Below, in pieces: positions 28,506 to 37,696 of a stretch of 64,000 nucleotides of DNA (position 1 is the first letter of the stretch; each line of letters begins with the position of its first letter). The DNA comes from Spirochaetota bacterium (GTDB lineage: Bacteria > Spirochaetota > UBA4802 > UBA5550). A model generated the notes under the pieces. It searched no databases and had not been told where the DNA came from. It saw nothing but the letters and a program-made list of their open reading frames with translations. The DNA lies in assembly GCA_963663865.1 (NCBI GenBank), contig OY760686.1, positions 1,984,001 through 2,048,000 on the forward strand. The letters run 5' to 3'. Position numbers and translations under genes: made by a program.

Positions 28506-29909
28506 ATGCTCATCTTGACTGTTCTGCTTCCTGCTTTTCTCGCGGCGCTGTTATTTCTTTTCAGATCGCCCCGGTTGAACAGAGCCGTTATCATTCTTTT
28601 TTCATTCGCGTTTCTGCTGCTTGCAGTTTTCTTTTTCTTCATGCCTCCGGCATCGTTGACTGACTATTTTGCAGCCGGAAAGAAGGAGCTTTTCTTTTTT
28701 GCCGTGCAGTCCGCTGTTTTCGCGGCAGTTTCATTACCCGCATCTGACTACCTTAGAAGACGCGCCGCGGTGAGATTGCCTAACACCCTCTACTGCGTTA
28801 ACATTCTGCTCTTCAACGCGTCTTTAAACGGCGTCATTTTCGCCAATCACCTCGGCCTGATGTGGGTCTTCATTGAAGCTACCACTCTCTCAAGCGCATA
28901 CCTGATCTACTTCGGAGCGACATCCACCTCGCTTGAGGCTGTATGGAAATACCTTTTTATATGTTCAATCGGTATCGCGTTCGCTTTTACTGGAATTATC
29001 CTGCTATCAGTCGGCACAGGATCGGAGGGGAGGCTTTTCTTCAGCGATCTTGCCTCAGCAGCGGGTTCCATAGAACCTTTCTGGCTCAAGCTTTCCTTTG
29101 CTTTTCTTCTTGCCGGGTTCGGCACCAAGGCCGCCCTTGCGCCGATGCATTCCTGGCTGCCTGACGCCTACTCTGAATCTCCTTCGACAGTCACGGCTCT
29201 GCTCGCCGGAACCCATCTCAACGTCTCAATACTCGCTATCATGAGGATATTCGCATTGACTGGCTCAACAGACGCTGGAAGTCCTGCCTCTGACATCCTG
29301 ATGTTTACCGGTTTCCTATCGGTATTCATCGCGGCAGTCTACATCGTAAAGGTTAACAACTTCAAACGAATGCTGTCTTACTCTTCGCTTGAAAACATGG
29401 GGATAATAGCCATCGCGGCAAGCCTCGGCGCTGGAGGAACTGCTCCTGCTCTTCTTCATCTTGGAGCACATTCGCTTATTAAAACATTCCTTTTCCTGAC
29501 CGCAGGTTCGATAATCAGACGTTACGGCACAAAGGAGATATCCTCAGTAAGCGGCCTCATGGCCACTGACAGGCTGACGGCCTGGCTATGGATAGGCGGC
29601 TTTATACTGATTTGCGGCATACCTCCCTCTCCGCTTTTTTTCAGCGAGTATCTCATCCTCAGGGAAATGATATCTTCAGGCCTTTATATTCAGTCTGCCC
29701 TTCTCTTCCTGATGATGACATTCATTATGGCCGGCATGGGCAGGGCGGTGCTGGGAATGACAGGCGGCAAAAGCTCAGATAATTGTCTCGATATAAAAAT
29801 AGGGAAAATCAACACTTTCCCTCAGACCGGACTGCTTATACTCTGCGCGGCAGCCGGAATTTCAGCTCCGGCCTGGATTTCCTTTTTTTCAAAAGCAATG
29901 AACATGTGA
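28506..29909 (+). CDS. hyfF: Ehr/Hyf antiporter-like membrane subunit F
   Basis: WVFIEATTL, EA.WKYLFICS.GIA.A, GTKA.LAPMHSWLPDA.SE.P and KRMLSYSS.E.MG. Confidence 0.88.
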   Translation: MLILTVLLPAFLAALLFLFRSPRLNRAVIILFSFAFLLLAVFFFFMPPASLTDYFAAGKKELFFFAVQSAVFAAVSLPASDYLRRRAAVRLPNTLYCVNILLFNASLNGVIFANHLGLMWVFIEATTLSSAYLIYFGATSTSLEAVWKYLFICSIGIAFAFTGIILLSVGTGSEGRLFFSDLASAAGSIEPFWLKLSFAFLLAGFGTKAALAPMHSWLPDAYSESPSTVTALLAGTHLNVSILAIMRIFALTGSTDAGSPASDILMFTGFLSVFIAAVYIVKVNNFKRMLSYSSLENMGIIAIAASLGAGGTAPALLHLGAHSLIKTFLFLTAGSIIRRYGTKEISSVSGLMATDRLTAWLWIGGFILICGIPPSPLFFSEYLILREMISSGLYIQSALLFLMMTFIMAGMGRAVLGMTGGKSSDNCLDIKIGKINTFPQTGLLILCAAAGISAPAWISFFSKAMNM

Positions 29910-29919
29910 GATATCTGTT

Positions 29920-31395
29920 ATGAAATGGGTTGAAACAAAAAACTGTAAAGCTGTAGCAATATCGCAAATACCTATGCTCAGTTTCAATGAATTCATTGAG
30001 GCTAATCTGTCCTCGGCCGGTTCGGGACTCAGGCCGCTTAGCCTTATCCCCCTTAAAACCGGGAAAGGTTGGATAATATATTCCGTGATGGCAGACGACT
30101 CTTCTCAGTCAATTAGAGTAAATTCAGCCTCAGCCGGCCCTTCATTAAGCTACGAATCGATGACAGCTGTCTGCCCCTCATTCCATGTTTTTGAAAGAAT
30201 ACTGTATGAAGAAACCGGAATAGAACCACTCGGGCATCCCTGGCTCAAACCGCTCAGACGCTTGAACGGCCCGGCTGTGAACTACCCCTTTTATTCGATG
30301 AAAGACAGCCAGCTGCACGAGGTAGCCGTCGGGCCTATTCACGCGGGTGTTATTGAACCGGGCCACTTCAGATTCATCTGCAGCGGGGAAGATGTGCTTC
30401 ACCTTGAAATAATGCTCGGATATCAGCACAGGGGCATTGAAGAGCTCATGCTGTCAGCAAAACCTCACGCGAGAAACATAATTGCTGAATCCATTTCGGG
30501 AGACAGCGTCACAGGTCACGCCTGCGCCTGGTCTCAGCTTGTCGAATCGCTTGCTGATATCAGCCTCCCGCGCGAAGTACATTCTATCAGGTCAATAGCG
30601 CTTGAGATGGAAAGAGCGGGTATTCATCTTGGAGACCTCTCAGCCGTCGCGGGAGATATCGCCTATCTGCAGGGAGCCGGAGTTTACGGAGCAAGAAGAA
30701 CGCTTGTTATAAACTCTCTGCTTTCCTTCACTGGAAGCCGTTTCGGCCGCGGCCTTGTCAGACCCGGAGGCGTCAGGTTCGGCATCTCGAACCGGATTGC
30801 AGCAAACATCAAAACGCTCTTCCCGGAAATCAAAGAGACCATCGAGAAGATGTCCGAGACAATGTTCAACAGCTCTACCGTCCTTTCAAGGCTTGACAAT
30901 ACAGGCGTTCTAACCAGGCAGCAGGCTGCATCTATCGGGATGGTAGGTCCCGCTGCAAGGGCTTCAGGCCTTTCGATTGATGTGAGGTCCACTCACCCAT
31001 GGGGAGCCTACAGGTACAACCCGGTCCACCCGCACACCATGCCGACAGGCGACGTTTTCGCCAGGGCGTACATACGATATGTGGAATTTATCCAGTCAAT
31101 TGATTATGTCCTGCGAGAACTCGACATGGTCAGAGGCTACCCTGTACCGGAGTGCATGCCGGCTGAACACCTGATGCCGGACGCCCTCTCAGTCTCTCTC
31201 GTGGAGGGATGGCGCGGAGAAATCGTACACTGCGCGGTAACAGGACCTGCCGGAGAGCTGATAAAATACTCGGTTAAAGACCCGTCAGTGAATAACTGGT
31301 ATGGACTCGCGCTCGCTGTTCGAGGCAATGGCATCTCTGATTTCCCGCTCATCAACAAGAGCTTTAACCTGTCATATTCAGGAAATGACCTGTAA
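29920..31395 (+). CDS. hyfG: Ehr large subunit (NuoC-NuoD/HyfG-like) lacking NiFe-binding cysteines
   Basis: VGPIHAGVIEPGHFRF, GYQHRGIE, EGWRGE and KDPS. L1 reads ESISGDS and L2 reads SFNLSYSGNDL, so neither CxxC is present. Confidence 0.88.
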   Translation: MKWVETKNCKAVAISQIPMLSFNEFIEANLSSAGSGLRPLSLIPLKTGKGWIIYSVMADDSSQSIRVNSASAGPSLSYESMTAVCPSFHVFERILYEETGIEPLGHPWLKPLRRLNGPAVNYPFYSMKDSQLHEVAVGPIHAGVIEPGHFRFICSGEDVLHLEIMLGYQHRGIEELMLSAKPHARNIIAESISGDSVTGHACAWSQLVESLADISLPREVHSIRSIALEMERAGIHLGDLSAVAGDIAYLQGAGVYGARRTLVINSLLSFTGSRFGRGLVRPGGVRFGISNRIAANIKTLFPEIKETIEKMSETMFNSSTVLSRLDNTGVLTRQQAASIGMVGPAARASGLSIDVRSTHPWGAYRYNPVHPHTMPTGDVFARAYIRYVEFIQSIDYVLRELDMVRGYPVPECMPAEHLMPDALSVSLVEGWRGEIVHCAVTGPAGELIKYSVKDPSVNNWYGLALAVRGNGISDFPLINKSFNLSYSGNDL

Positions 31396-31407
31396 GGAGC
31401 CTCCACC

Positions 31408-32163
31408 ATGATAAACATTATAAAAACAAGAGTACTGCAGAAATACCAGGCGATTCGCGACATCAGAAAGGCAGAAATAGGCCCTGCATTCCGAGGCTTT
31501 CCCGGCCTTGATGCTAAACTCTGCTCATTATGTGGCAAATGCGCGGAAGCCTGTCCGACAAAGGCTGTAAACATAAAGCCCCTCTCGATCGACATGGGAC
31601 GCTGCGTTTTCTGCGGGGAGTGCGAATCGGCATGCGAGACCGGCTCCATTTCATTCACTAACCGGCACAGGCTCAGCTCAACCAGCAAGGAAAGGCTTGT
31701 TGTCCAATCCGGAGACAATCCTGAAGATTACAGCGCTGCAGCTGTAGTAGTAAAAAAAGAAATCAAATCCATGTTCGGCCGCTCCTTTAAGCTGAGGCAG
31801 GTTTCCGCCGGCGGCTGCGGCGGCTGTGAATGGGAGCTCAATGCCTGCAACAACGTTAACTTTGATATGTGCCGCTTTGGATTTGAATTCACAGCTTCGC
31901 CAAGACATGCAGACGCGATCGTAATTACCGGCCCGGTGACAGCAAATATGGCCGAAGCGCTGATAGAAGCAAGGGAATCAATGCCTGAGCCCTGCCTCGT
32001 CGTTGCCGCGGGGACATGCTCCATAAGCGGTGGGATATTCGCTGATTCAGTCAAGGTTGATCAATCCCCCGTAGAGAGGCTTTCGCCGGATCTGTACATT
32101 CCAGGTTGCCCTGTTCACCCCCTGACTGTAATCAATGGAATTCTGGATCTCCTGGGCAGATAA
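31408..32163 (+). CDS. hyfI: Ehr small subunit: 2x[4Fe-4S] ferredoxin domain fused to a NuoB/HyfI domain
   Basis: CxxCxxCxxxCP and CxxCxxCxxxC, followed by GGCGGCE, SPRHAD, GTC..SGG and IPGCP. Confidence 0.88.
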   Translation: MINIIKTRVLQKYQAIRDIRKAEIGPAFRGFPGLDAKLCSLCGKCAEACPTKAVNIKPLSIDMGRCVFCGECESACETGSISFTNRHRLSSTSKERLVVQSGDNPEDYSAAAVVVKKEIKSMFGRSFKLRQVSAGGCGGCEWELNACNNVNFDMCRFGFEFTASPRHADAIVITGPVTANMAEALIEARESMPEPCLVVAAGTCSISGGIFADSVKVDQSPVERLSPDLYIPGCPVHPLTVINGILDLLGR

Positions 32164-32380
32164 CTGAACATCTGTACTAATTGTATATTTTTTTGCAACC
32201 CTTAGTCTTTTCATAGTGTCATAAGATGTGGAAAATGCAGGTCATATTTTTTCACATCCCTGCTCTTTGTGTACAGTTTTACAGCTCAATTTTTTATGTC
32301 AGCACGTGTTTATAGTTTTCTTGACTTTTTATTGAGCTGCACAGACTCTAACATGTCAATACAACTCAAGGAAAGGTACA

Positions 32381-32971
32381 ATGTCTGAACAAAAGAAATA
32401 CATTGAGACAGTCTGGCATGGCCGCGGAGGCCAGGGCGCGATAACCGCCAGTCAGCTCATTGCCGACAGCGCCTATCATGAAGGATTCAAGGGAGTAACA
32501 ACCGCCCCTTCCTTCGGCGCCGAGAGAAGAGGCGCCCCGGTTATGGCGTTTTTACGTCTCGCTGAAAATCCAATAAGGGTCTTTTCTCAGATTGACGAGC
32601 CGGACATAGTCGTTGTGCTTGACCCGACTCTTCTTCCGGTAATCAGGCTTGAGGAACATCTAAAAGAAGAAACAACGGTCATCGTAAACACTACACATTC
32701 GCCGGAACAAATCGGCCTTGGAAAGTTCAAAAAGGTAGGGACAGCTGACATAACAGCCATCGCCCTTCAAAACTCACTTGCAATCGCGGGTTCAGCCATA
32801 CTCAATACCCCAATTTTGGGGGCCTTTTCAAAGACAACCGGGCTCGTGGGGCTTGAGTCAATCGAGGCGGCAATCATATCACGATTTGGCGAAAAGCGCG
32901 GCCGCTTAAACGTAAAGGCTGCTGAAGAGGCTTATAACAGCACGACAATTCACAACAGGAGTAATGACTAA
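32381..32971 (+). CDS. porC: Pyruvate/2-oxoacid:ferredoxin oxidoreductase gamma subunit
   Basis: HGRGGQGA.TA and PSFGAERRGAPV motifs. Confidence 0.92.
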   Translation: MSEQKKYIETVWHGRGGQGAITASQLIADSAYHEGFKGVTTAPSFGAERRGAPVMAFLRLAENPIRVFSQIDEPDIVVVLDPTLLPVIRLEEHLKEETTVIVNTTHSPEQIGLGKFKKVGTADITAIALQNSLAIAGSAILNTPILGAFSKTTGLVGLESIEAAIISRFGEKRGRLNVKAAEEAYNSTTIHNRSND

Positions 32972-33273
32972 TGGGAACCAGAAAATGCGGAGATATAGCC
33001 GCTTCATCAAAACCGGCAAAGGGCGAAGCCGGCCGTACAGGCGACTGGAGAGTGAAGTATCCCGTCATTGATACCGCGGTCTGCACTCCTTCAAAAACGG
33101 GCAAACCCTCATGCTTCATCTGCTGGATGTACTGTCCCGATGCGGTAATCACGCGGACAATCCCACCGACGATAGATCTGGAATACTGCAAGGGCTGCGG
33201 AATATGCGCTGAAGAATGCCCGACAAATGCTATTAAGATGATAACTGAAGGCGCGGAGGATGGAGAGAAATAA
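32971..33273 (+). CDS. porD: 2-oxoacid:ferredoxin oxidoreductase delta subunit
   Basis: TGDWR..P, C..CW.YCPD and YCKGCGICAEECP. Confidence 0.92.
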   Translation: MGTRKCGDIAASSKPAKGEAGRTGDWRVKYPVIDTAVCTPSKTGKPSCFICWMYCPDAVITRTIPPTIDLEYCKGCGICAEECPTNAIKMITEGAEDGEK

Positions 33274-34518
33274 ATGAAGAATCAAAACCTTTCAATTGAA
33301 AACAATACAGCAATCATGACTGCAAACCAGGCTGCCGCCTTCGGCGCGATGCTTTCGGGAGTACAGGTCGTGTCGGCCTATCCAATTACACCGCAGTCTC
33401 CAGTCGTTGAAAAGCTGATGGACTTCGTCTCAAAGGGAGAGATGAAGGCTGAGTTCGTAACCGTTGAAAGCGAGCACAGCGCTATAACTGTCTGTATTTC
33501 CGCAAGCGCCGTAGGAGCAAGGGTCTTCACTGCAAGCTGCGCCAACGGCCTTGCTTTGATGCACGAAATGCTTCACTGGGCGGCAGGCACAAGGCTGCCT
33601 ATAGTAATGGCGATACCAAACAGAGGAATGTCCGCACCGTGGACCATACTGAACGACCAGCAGGACAGTATATCGCAGCGTGACACCGGATGGATGCAGT
33701 TCTACTGCAGGAACTCACAGGAAGTTCTGGACACTATCATTATGGCCTACCGCATAGCCGAAGAGGTAAAGGTTCCAGTCATGGTCTGTTATGACGGTTA
33801 CCTTCTATCCCACACAATGATGCCTGTCACTCTTCCGGCAACATCAGACGTCAAAGCCTTTCTGCCGGACTATGTGCCGCACACCATACTCGATCCTTCC
33901 GATCCAAGGAACATCAACCCGGTAACCCTCGCTGAACCGAGAGCGGATTCTGAAGGAACCAGTTCACACGGTTATTACGAATTCAGATACCTCCTTCAGG
34001 AAGCACAGCTTAAAGCTCTTGAAACCGGGAAAAAGGTTTTTGGCGATTTCGCCTCTTCGTTCGGAAGAGAATACAGTATTGTAGACAGCTATCTGTGCGA
34101 AGACGCGGACATAGTGGCTGTAGGTCTTGGCAGCATTGCAAGCGAGGCTATGGACGCGGCTGATATGCTGAGAAATGAAGGCATTAAGGCCGGCGTAATG
34201 CATATCAGAATGTACAGGCCCTTCCCCACGGAGCTTCTCGCCGAAGAGATTGCAAAATCCGGATGCAAGGGAGCTGTCGTCCTTGAGAAGAGCCTGAGCT
34301 ATGGCTACGAGGGCGCTCTGAGCAGCGACGTTAAGGCAGCGCTTTTCGACAGCGGTTCAGACGTTTTTGTTCACTCATACATGATGAGCCTTGGAGGCCG
34401 CGATGTTAAGGCAAAGGATATAGCCTCGGCCTTAAAAAAAAGCCTTCCATACATTGGATGTCCGGCGTCAGAAAGACGCAAGCCAATGGAGTGGATAAAC
34501 TGCCGCATAGATGACTGA
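33274..34518 (+). CDS. porA: 2-oxoacid:ferredoxin oxidoreductase alpha subunit
   Basis: AYPITPQS, VESEHSA, GL.LMHE and RDTGW. Confidence 0.92.
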   Translation: MKNQNLSIENNTAIMTANQAAAFGAMLSGVQVVSAYPITPQSPVVEKLMDFVSKGEMKAEFVTVESEHSAITVCISASAVGARVFTASCANGLALMHEMLHWAAGTRLPIVMAIPNRGMSAPWTILNDQQDSISQRDTGWMQFYCRNSQEVLDTIIMAYRIAEEVKVPVMVCYDGYLLSHTMMPVTLPATSDVKAFLPDYVPHTILDPSDPRNINPVTLAEPRADSEGTSSHGYYEFRYLLQEAQLKALETGKKVFGDFASSFGREYSIVDSYLCEDADIVAVGLGSIASEAMDAADMLRNEGIKAGVMHIRMYRPFPTELLAEEIAKSGCKGAVVLEKSLSYGYEGALSSDVKAALFDSGSDVFVHSYMMSLGGRDVKAKDIASALKKSLPYIGCPASERRKPMEWINCRIDD

Positions 34519-35443
34519 AATGGACAGGAAGAATGATATGACTGAAAAAACAACACCGCTAACTATAACAGATAGAGAATATGCGCTTCCGGGAAACAGG
34601 GCATGTACCGGCTGCGGACTGGCGCTCTCATACAGGCACGGACTCAAGGGGCTTGGTGAAAAAACCATACTTACCGTTCCGGCCTGCTGCCTTACTGTTC
34701 TCCAGGGAATGTATCCGATATCTTCCATGACAGTGCCCTGCCTGAATACCGCATTCGAAACAACCGCTGCTTCTGCAGCCGGCATAAGGGCCGGTCTTGA
34801 CGCACTCGGCAAAAAAGATGTAACCGTCGTGGGATGGGCCGGTGACGGCGGCACCGCCGACATTGGAATTCAGGCGCTTTCAGGTGCCGCGGAGCGTAAT
34901 ACAGACATAATATATGTCTGCTATGATAACGAAGCCTACATGAACACCGGAACTCAAAAATCGGGAAGCACCCCTTTTGGAGCGAGAACATCAACAACTG
35001 TTGACGGAAAAATTGGGCACAAGAAGGATATGCCCCGCATCATGGCCGCGCATGATATTCCATACATCGCTACGGTATCTCCGTCATATCCAATGCAGCT
35101 ACACGATATTTTCAAAAAGGCCGTCGATATTAAAGGCACCCGCTACATCCATATTCTCGTTCCCTGCCCTCCGGGCTGGGGATACTCGCCTGAGCTGACC
35201 GTCAAAATGGGCAAAATGGCTGTTGAATGCGGAATGTTCGACCTTTACGAAATAGAAAACGGTAATTTCTCATTTTACGGCCCTTCAAAGCGCATTGCGG
35301 AAAAGGGCGGCAGAAAACCAGTGGACGAATATCTGAAACTGCAATCAAGGTTTTCCGGAATAACCGATGATACCATTTCTGAACTACAGCATTGGGTTGA
35401 CAGAAAATGGGATTCGTACCGCGAGATGGGATGCTCAAAATGA
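34511..35443 (+). CDS. porB: 2-oxoacid:ferredoxin oxidoreductase beta subunit (TPP-binding)
   Basis: ACTGCG, GDGGTADIG.QALSG, DNEAYMNTG.Q.S and PCPPGW. Confidence 0.92.
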   Translation: MTEMDRKNDMTEKTTPLTITDREYALPGNRACTGCGLALSYRHGLKGLGEKTILTVPACCLTVLQGMYPISSMTVPCLNTAFETTAASAAGIRAGLDALGKKDVTVVGWAGDGGTADIGIQALSGAAERNTDIIYVCYDNEAYMNTGTQKSGSTPFGARTSTTVDGKIGHKKDMPRIMAAHDIPYIATVSPSYPMQLHDIFKKAVDIKGTRYIHILVPCPPGWGYSPELTVKMGKMAVECGMFDLYEIENGNFSFYGPSKRIAEKGGRKPVDEYLKLQSRFSGITDDTISELQHWVDRKWDSYREMGCSK

Positions 35444-36381
35444 AGAAAATATTCGGTATAACACTTTCTCTGCTTTTAGCAGCCGCGGCTGCTGAAGCGG
35501 AGAATGTGTATCATCGCCAGAAACTGATTCAGGACAGCGCTGTTCAGAAGCAAAAGGATTCTGACGCTCAGATCCGCGACGAGCTCAGAAAAAAGATGAA
35601 AAAGTTCATCTCCGGTATTAACGGTAAAATATCCGACACGGGCACTAAAATAACAGATCCGGTCAATCCTGATGACGCTACCGATATAAACGATAACGAT
35701 CACCGACACTCCTCCGAAGTCATAGTCCCGGTATATGCATTTTCCAGTACAGACAGCCTGAATCTCAGATCTGAGTCAAACAGCAGTTCCACAATAGTTG
35801 GAAAACTTAAATTCGCCGAAAAAGTTATGGTAACAGGGAAGACCGACGACACTCAGAAAATATCAGGCAAAACCGCCCCATGGCTTCTTGTACGCAAAGA
35901 TGACGGCAGTGAAGGCTGGGCATTCGGCGGTTTTTTGCAGAGCACACTCCCGCAAAAAAGCGGCGGCGATGAGGAGTCTATCGGTGGAAGTCAGCTTCTC
36001 AAGATACCAGTGGAAGGCAGAATATCAAGCAGATACGGCACAAGGGTTCACCCGGTTACTAAGAGAAAAAACAGCTTTCACAAGGGCATTGATATTGCTG
36101 CTCCGTCAGGAACCCCTGTTTCAGCGGCCGCTCAGGGGCTTGTAGTAAAAGCCGAGTACAACAGAAACGGCTACGGCAATCTTGTTGTTATTCAGCACGC
36201 CAATGAACTTGCAACGTATTACGGGCATCTTTCAAAAATACTTGTAAAGAAGGGCCAGCGAGTCAGCAGGTCACAGCTAGTAGGCAAAGTCGGAGCAACA
36301 GGCGTCGCGACAGGCCCGCATCTTCATTTCGAAGTAAGGAGAGGCGGGAACCCGGTCGACCCCGATGAGTTCATCCGCTGA
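35440..36381 (+). CDS. Exported SH3b + M23 peptidoglycan endopeptidase
   Basis: Signal peptide; LNLRS...GWAFGGFL SH3b; HKGID, YGHL and TGPHLHFE; ATGA overlap with porB. Confidence 0.9.
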   Translation: MKKIFGITLSLLLAAAAAEAENVYHRQKLIQDSAVQKQKDSDAQIRDELRKKMKKFISGINGKISDTGTKITDPVNPDDATDINDNDHRHSSEVIVPVYAFSSTDSLNLRSESNSSSTIVGKLKFAEKVMVTGKTDDTQKISGKTAPWLLVRKDDGSEGWAFGGFLQSTLPQKSGGDEESIGGSQLLKIPVEGRISSRYGTRVHPVTKRKNSFHKGIDIAAPSGTPVSAAAQGLVVKAEYNRNGYGNLVVIQHANELATYYGHLSKILVKKGQRVSRSQLVGKVGATGVATGPHLHFEVRRGGNPVDPDEFIR

Positions 36382-36450
36382 TCACTGACCAAATAAAACA
36401 ATGCTGCTTAATTAAAACTTGATTTTTACGGTACAGTTTTGAATATATAC

Positions 36451-36474
36451 AGGATGCCTCAGGGCATCCTTTTG
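36451..36474 (+). other. Perfect 8-bp hairpin upstream of parA
   Basis: aggatgcc-tcag-ggcatcct followed by ttt. It could be a terminator of por/M23 or a 5' UTR structure. Confidence 0.4.
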
Positions 36475-36496
36475 CATTAAAACTTCCGGGGGGAAA

Positions 36497-37249
36497 ATGC
36501 GGGTAATTGCAATCTCAAATAATAAAGGCGGTGTTGGAAAAACAACCAGCACTGTAAACATAGCAGCGTCTCTTCAGAAGTTCGACCGGAAGGTTTTAGT
36601 TATAGATATTGACCATCAGGCGCAGACAACTTACCACTTCGGAATAAATCCTAAGGAAATCGAACACAGCATCTTCGAAGTTCTTAAGGGTGAGCTATCC
36701 TTCGAGGACATTTTAATCGACAGAAAGGGAATTCACATACTGCCCGCGCGGCCCGACCTTAAGGATCTCGATTTTCTCCCGTTTCCGGCAAAGGAGTTTC
36801 TCCTGAAAGAAGCGATGGAAAAGATCAAGGATTATGACTATGTACTGATAGACTGCCCTCCTTCGCTCGGCATTCTGACTCTAAACGCGCTTACCTTTGC
36901 AACTGAGATTTTTGTTCCCCTGCAGCTGCAATTTCTTCCGTTTCACGGCATGTACAACCTCTTCGAAGGGGTTCAGATGGTAAAGAAAAGACTCAATAAG
37001 GACATTGAGATTACCGGAATAATCGGAACTATGTACAATTCGAGTAAAAGCATAAACAAGGAAGTTATTCTGGAAACTGAATCAAGGCTGCCGGGCAAGC
37101 TGTTTAAAACCATAATCAGAGAGAACGTTTCCCTGCAGGAGGCGCCAAGCTGGGGACAGACTATTTTTGAATACCGTCCGGACAGCAACGGCGCAACAGA
37201 CTACATGAATCTCACAAAGGAGATAATTGAACTTGAAGGGGCTGTTTAA
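36497..37249 (+). CDS. parA: ParA/Soj family ATPase (no adjacent parB)
   Basis: [22 protein letters not shown] and IRENV.L.EAPS.G motifs. Confidence 0.9.
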   Translation: MRVIAISNNKGGVGKTTSTVNIAASLQKFDRKVLVIDIDHQAQTTYHFGINPKEIEHSIFEVLKGELSFEDILIDRKGIHILPARPDLKDLDFLPFPAKEFLLKEAMEKIKDYDYVLIDCPPSLGILTLNALTFATEIFVPLQLQFLPFHGMYNLFEGVQMVKKRLNKDIEITGIIGTMYNSSKSINKEVILETESRLPGKLFKTIIRENVSLQEAPSWGQTIFEYRPDSNGATDYMNLTKEIIELEGAV

Positions 37250-37695
37250 TTATCACTGCTTTTAAAATGAATCAGCGCTCTCAGTCCGAGCATATATGAA
37301 TAAGCCCCGAATCCTGAAATCTGCCCTATGCAGACAGGCGCTATCATGGATTTGCTTCTGAACTCCTCCCGCGAGTGCACATTGGAAAGATGGACCTCAA
37401 CCGCGGTAATCCTTACAGCAGAAATAGCATCGCGTATGGCGATTGAGGTGTGGGTGTAAGCCCCGGGATTTATCAACAAGCCGTCTGCTCCCCTGTTCGC
37501 ATGGATAAAATCAATTAAATCACCCTCAGAATTGCTCTGATAAAAGACTATGTCAATCCCCTCCTTGGCGGCGATCTCCATAAGTTCATCGTTTATGGAA
37601 TTTAAATCCCTGCTGCCGTAAACCGATGGTTCCCTCTCTCCAAGCAGGTTCAAGTTTGGCCCGTTTACAACAGCTATTCTTATTTTCCTTCTCAA
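37246..37695 (-). CDS. aroQ: Type II 3-dehydroquinate dehydratase
   Basis: [23 protein letters not shown] and EVHLSN..REEFR. The probable TTG start at 37695 has an AGGTG RBS. Confidence 0.95.
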   Translation of the reverse strand: MRRKIRIAVVNGPNLNLLGEREPSVYGSRDLNSINDELMEIAAKEGIDIVFYQSNSEGDLIDFIHANRGADGLLINPGAYTHTSIAIRDAISAVRITAVEVHLSNVHSREEFRSKSMIAPVCIGQISGFGAYSYMLGLRALIHFKSSDN

Positions 37696-37696
37696 T

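Noticed and set aside
29920-31395. Calling the hyf-like operon a NiFe hydrogenase or formate hydrogenlyase
   Set aside because: All four Ni-binding cysteines are absent and no maturation or fdh genes are present in the window.
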